Source: an uncultured Spirochaetota bacterium (GTDB taxonomy: Bacteria; Spirochaetota; Spirochaetia; SZUA-6; Fen-1364). From it: DNA of 64,000 nucleotides. The position numbers and the translations under genes were made by a program. The notes beneath the pieces were generated by a model. That model was not told where the DNA came from and did not search any database. It saw only the letters and a program-made list of their open reading frames with translations. The stretch is taken from NCBI GenBank assembly GCA_963745235.1, contig CAVUXE010000035.1:1-64000 (forward strand), written 5' to 3'. Of the stretch, positions 62,564 through 64,000 are shown piece after piece. Positions within the stretch are counted from its first letter, which is position 1, and every line of letters starts with the position of its first letter.

Positions 62564-62737
62564 CTGTTCCCGAGCACCGAATATGGGCGAAAAGCGACAT
62601 GTCGGGCAAGTGGGGGCCGGGGATCACGGGGATCAACCGGACCTTGACTTTTTCGCTCCTTTGGGTAAATTTGCTTCCAAACTCAAGCCGTCTGCTTTGA
62701 GGCTCATTTTGACTTCCAAGGAAAGGAGGAAAAAGAT

Positions 62738-62914
62738 ATGGCCGAGGTTATCAGCAAGAACGCGAGGGTCGGGGTCGTCACGCAGAAGTTCTTCTGCAAT
62801 TGTGGTGGCGAGGTGAAAATGAAGCTCGTCTTCAACAATGGAAAGCTGCGAAACGTGGCTCAGTGCGAAAAGTGCCAGCGACAGGAGCGCAAGCCCAGCG
62901 ACTTCAAGGCGTAG
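62738..62914 (+). CDS. 58-aa putative zinc-ribbon protein
   Basis: Manual translation MAEVISKNARVGVVTQKFFCNCGGEVKMKLVFNNGKLRNVAQCEKCQRQERKPSDFKA*; strong AAGGAGG RBS; upstream TTGACT...TAAATT; absent from the ORF track. Confidence 0.8.
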   Translation: MAEVISKNARVGVVTQKFFCNCGGEVKMKLVFNNGKLRNVAQCEKCQRQERKPSDFKA

Positions 62915-62984
62915 ACGTGGATGTCGAGGTTGGCCGAGCACGGGAATGTGCGGCAGGCCGACCAAGCGCGGTTTGTGACCCGCG

Positions 62985-63012
62985 ACCCATCCCCTGGATG
63001 GGTTTTCTTTTG
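62985..63012 (+). terminator. Rho-independent terminator
   Basis: ACCCATCC-CCT-GGATGGGT followed by TTTCTTTT. Confidence 0.8.
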
Positions 63013-63062
63013 CCCGAAGGGGTCCCCGCCGTATAGCTTGTGGCGCGTCTCTCACCCGGGGG

Positions 63063-63809
63063 CTACTCCCCGGGCGCCTCCCGCCATTGGCGTACTTTGT
63101 CCGTGATCTCCCGCTGGATCCTGGCAAGAAGGTCAAGGATCTCTTTCTTTCCTCTCGGCGGGGGATACAGCGTGAGGGGCTGCGCCCGGTAACGGGTCAC
63201 GGGAAGGCTGGTCACCAGCCTTGTCAGGTTGGAGATACGGTAGCCTCCGTCCAACGCTACTGAGAGAACAGGCAGCGGCGCGCGCTCCAGGATCACGCGA
63301 AACGCGCCGCTTTGAAAATCATGCACATCACCCGTCCGCGACCTGCTGCCTTCCGGGAAGATCGTCGGACAGACGCCTTCGGCGCTCAGCTCAGCGAGAC
63401 GGACCAGTGTCGCCCGGCCGGCCCGGTAGTCGCTCGTTCGAGAGATCACGGCGTGCCGGCCAAACCGCAGCGACAGGGATACGTAGGGAACCAGGCGGCC
63501 GAGCTCGCGCTTGGCCACATAGCGAATGTGATGCCGGGGGAACATCGGGGGGATGGCGGCGATGTCGGCAAGGCTCTGGTGATTCGACACCACGAGGAAT
63601 ACGGGCGGAAGAGGGCCGTCGTATCGTCGAAAGTCCCTGCGCAGACCGGCAAAGCTGGCGAGCAGGAAGAGCTTTCTCCCGATGCTGACCTGCTGGTCGG
63701 TGACCCGCTGCATGACGTCACCCGGCCGGAAGATCGCGATGAACCTGAGGATGACGGCTCCGCGGATCAGCAGGCCGAGCCCGCCGAAAACAAGGATCAG
63801 GAACCTCAC
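63063..63809 (-). CDS. PlsC-family acyltransferase
   Basis: SNHQSLAD (HxxxxD), YVAKREL and IFPEGSRS motifs; GTG start overlaps the upstream stop. Confidence 0.88.
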   Translation of the reverse strand: MRFLILVFGGLGLLIRGAVILRFIAIFRPGDVMQRVTDQQVSIGRKLFLLASFAGLRRDFRRYDGPLPPVFLVVSNHQSLADIAAIPPMFPRHHIRYVAKRELGRLVPYVSLSLRFGRHAVISRTSDYRAGRATLVRLAELSAEGVCPTIFPEGSRSRTGDVHDFQSGAFRVILERAPLPVLSVALDGGYRISNLTRLVTSLPVTRYRAQPLTLYPPPRGKKEILDLLARIQREITDKVRQWREAPGE

Positions 63810-64000
63810 GCTGTGGTTCCCTGGTACCCGCCAATGACCTTTCCCATCTCCCTGATGAAAGACGGGCTTGTCCCGCAGCACCCCCCGATCATGGCAACAC
63901 CGCTTGCAAGGAGGGCCGGCACGAAGGAGGCGTACTGATCCGGGGTGAGCGGATACGTGACCTTGCCTCCCACGATCTGAGGGATGCCCGCGTTCGCTTT
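63806..64000 (-). CDS. Homocysteine S-methyltransferase-family protein, C-terminal end (partial)
   Basis: Manual translation KANAGIP...YPLTPDQY...GVAMIGGCCGTSPSFIR...*. Confidence 0.85.
   Translation of the reverse strand, partial: KANAGIPQIVGGKVTYPLTPDQYASFVPALLASGVAMIGGCCGTSPSFIREMGKVIGGYQGTTA

Overview
GC-rich bacterial chromosomal segment, most likely a free-living spirochaete (Spirochaetia). The assignment is inferred from secY-rpmJ adjacency with no adk/map/infA, a giant SpiroCoCo-type coiled-coil protein and an M23-bactofilin-yaaR-ricT cluster. Most of the window is housekeeping: the end of the spc/alpha ribosomal operons, rny-ymdB-tlyA, ptsI-der, grpE-dnaK-dnaJ, buk, purFMNDE, rarA, dusB, tatD and a Gld-like ABC operon. 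About a dozen conserved genes carry single-base frameshifts that look like long-read sequencing errors. Accessory content includes: (1) an ISL3 transposase joined abruptly to a truncated S14 gene; (2) an intact ISKra4-like IS with a 9-bp target duplication inserted 16 bp upstream of a sigma70 -35 box, plus short tandem duplications at similar positions before two other promoters; (3) a small outer-membrane beta-barrel gene with two paralogous lipoprotein genes; (4) two orphan DNA methyltransferases in tandem; and (5) a ~1.5-kb CTAG-bounded, transposase-free cassette encoding a DUF222-HNH nuclease, with an operator-like palindrome over a leaderless promoter and two internal parS-like palindromes. 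Item 5 is the best candidate for an undescribed system. No rRNA, tRNA or CRISPR array was seen. All family assignments come from motif recognition by eye, not from database searches.
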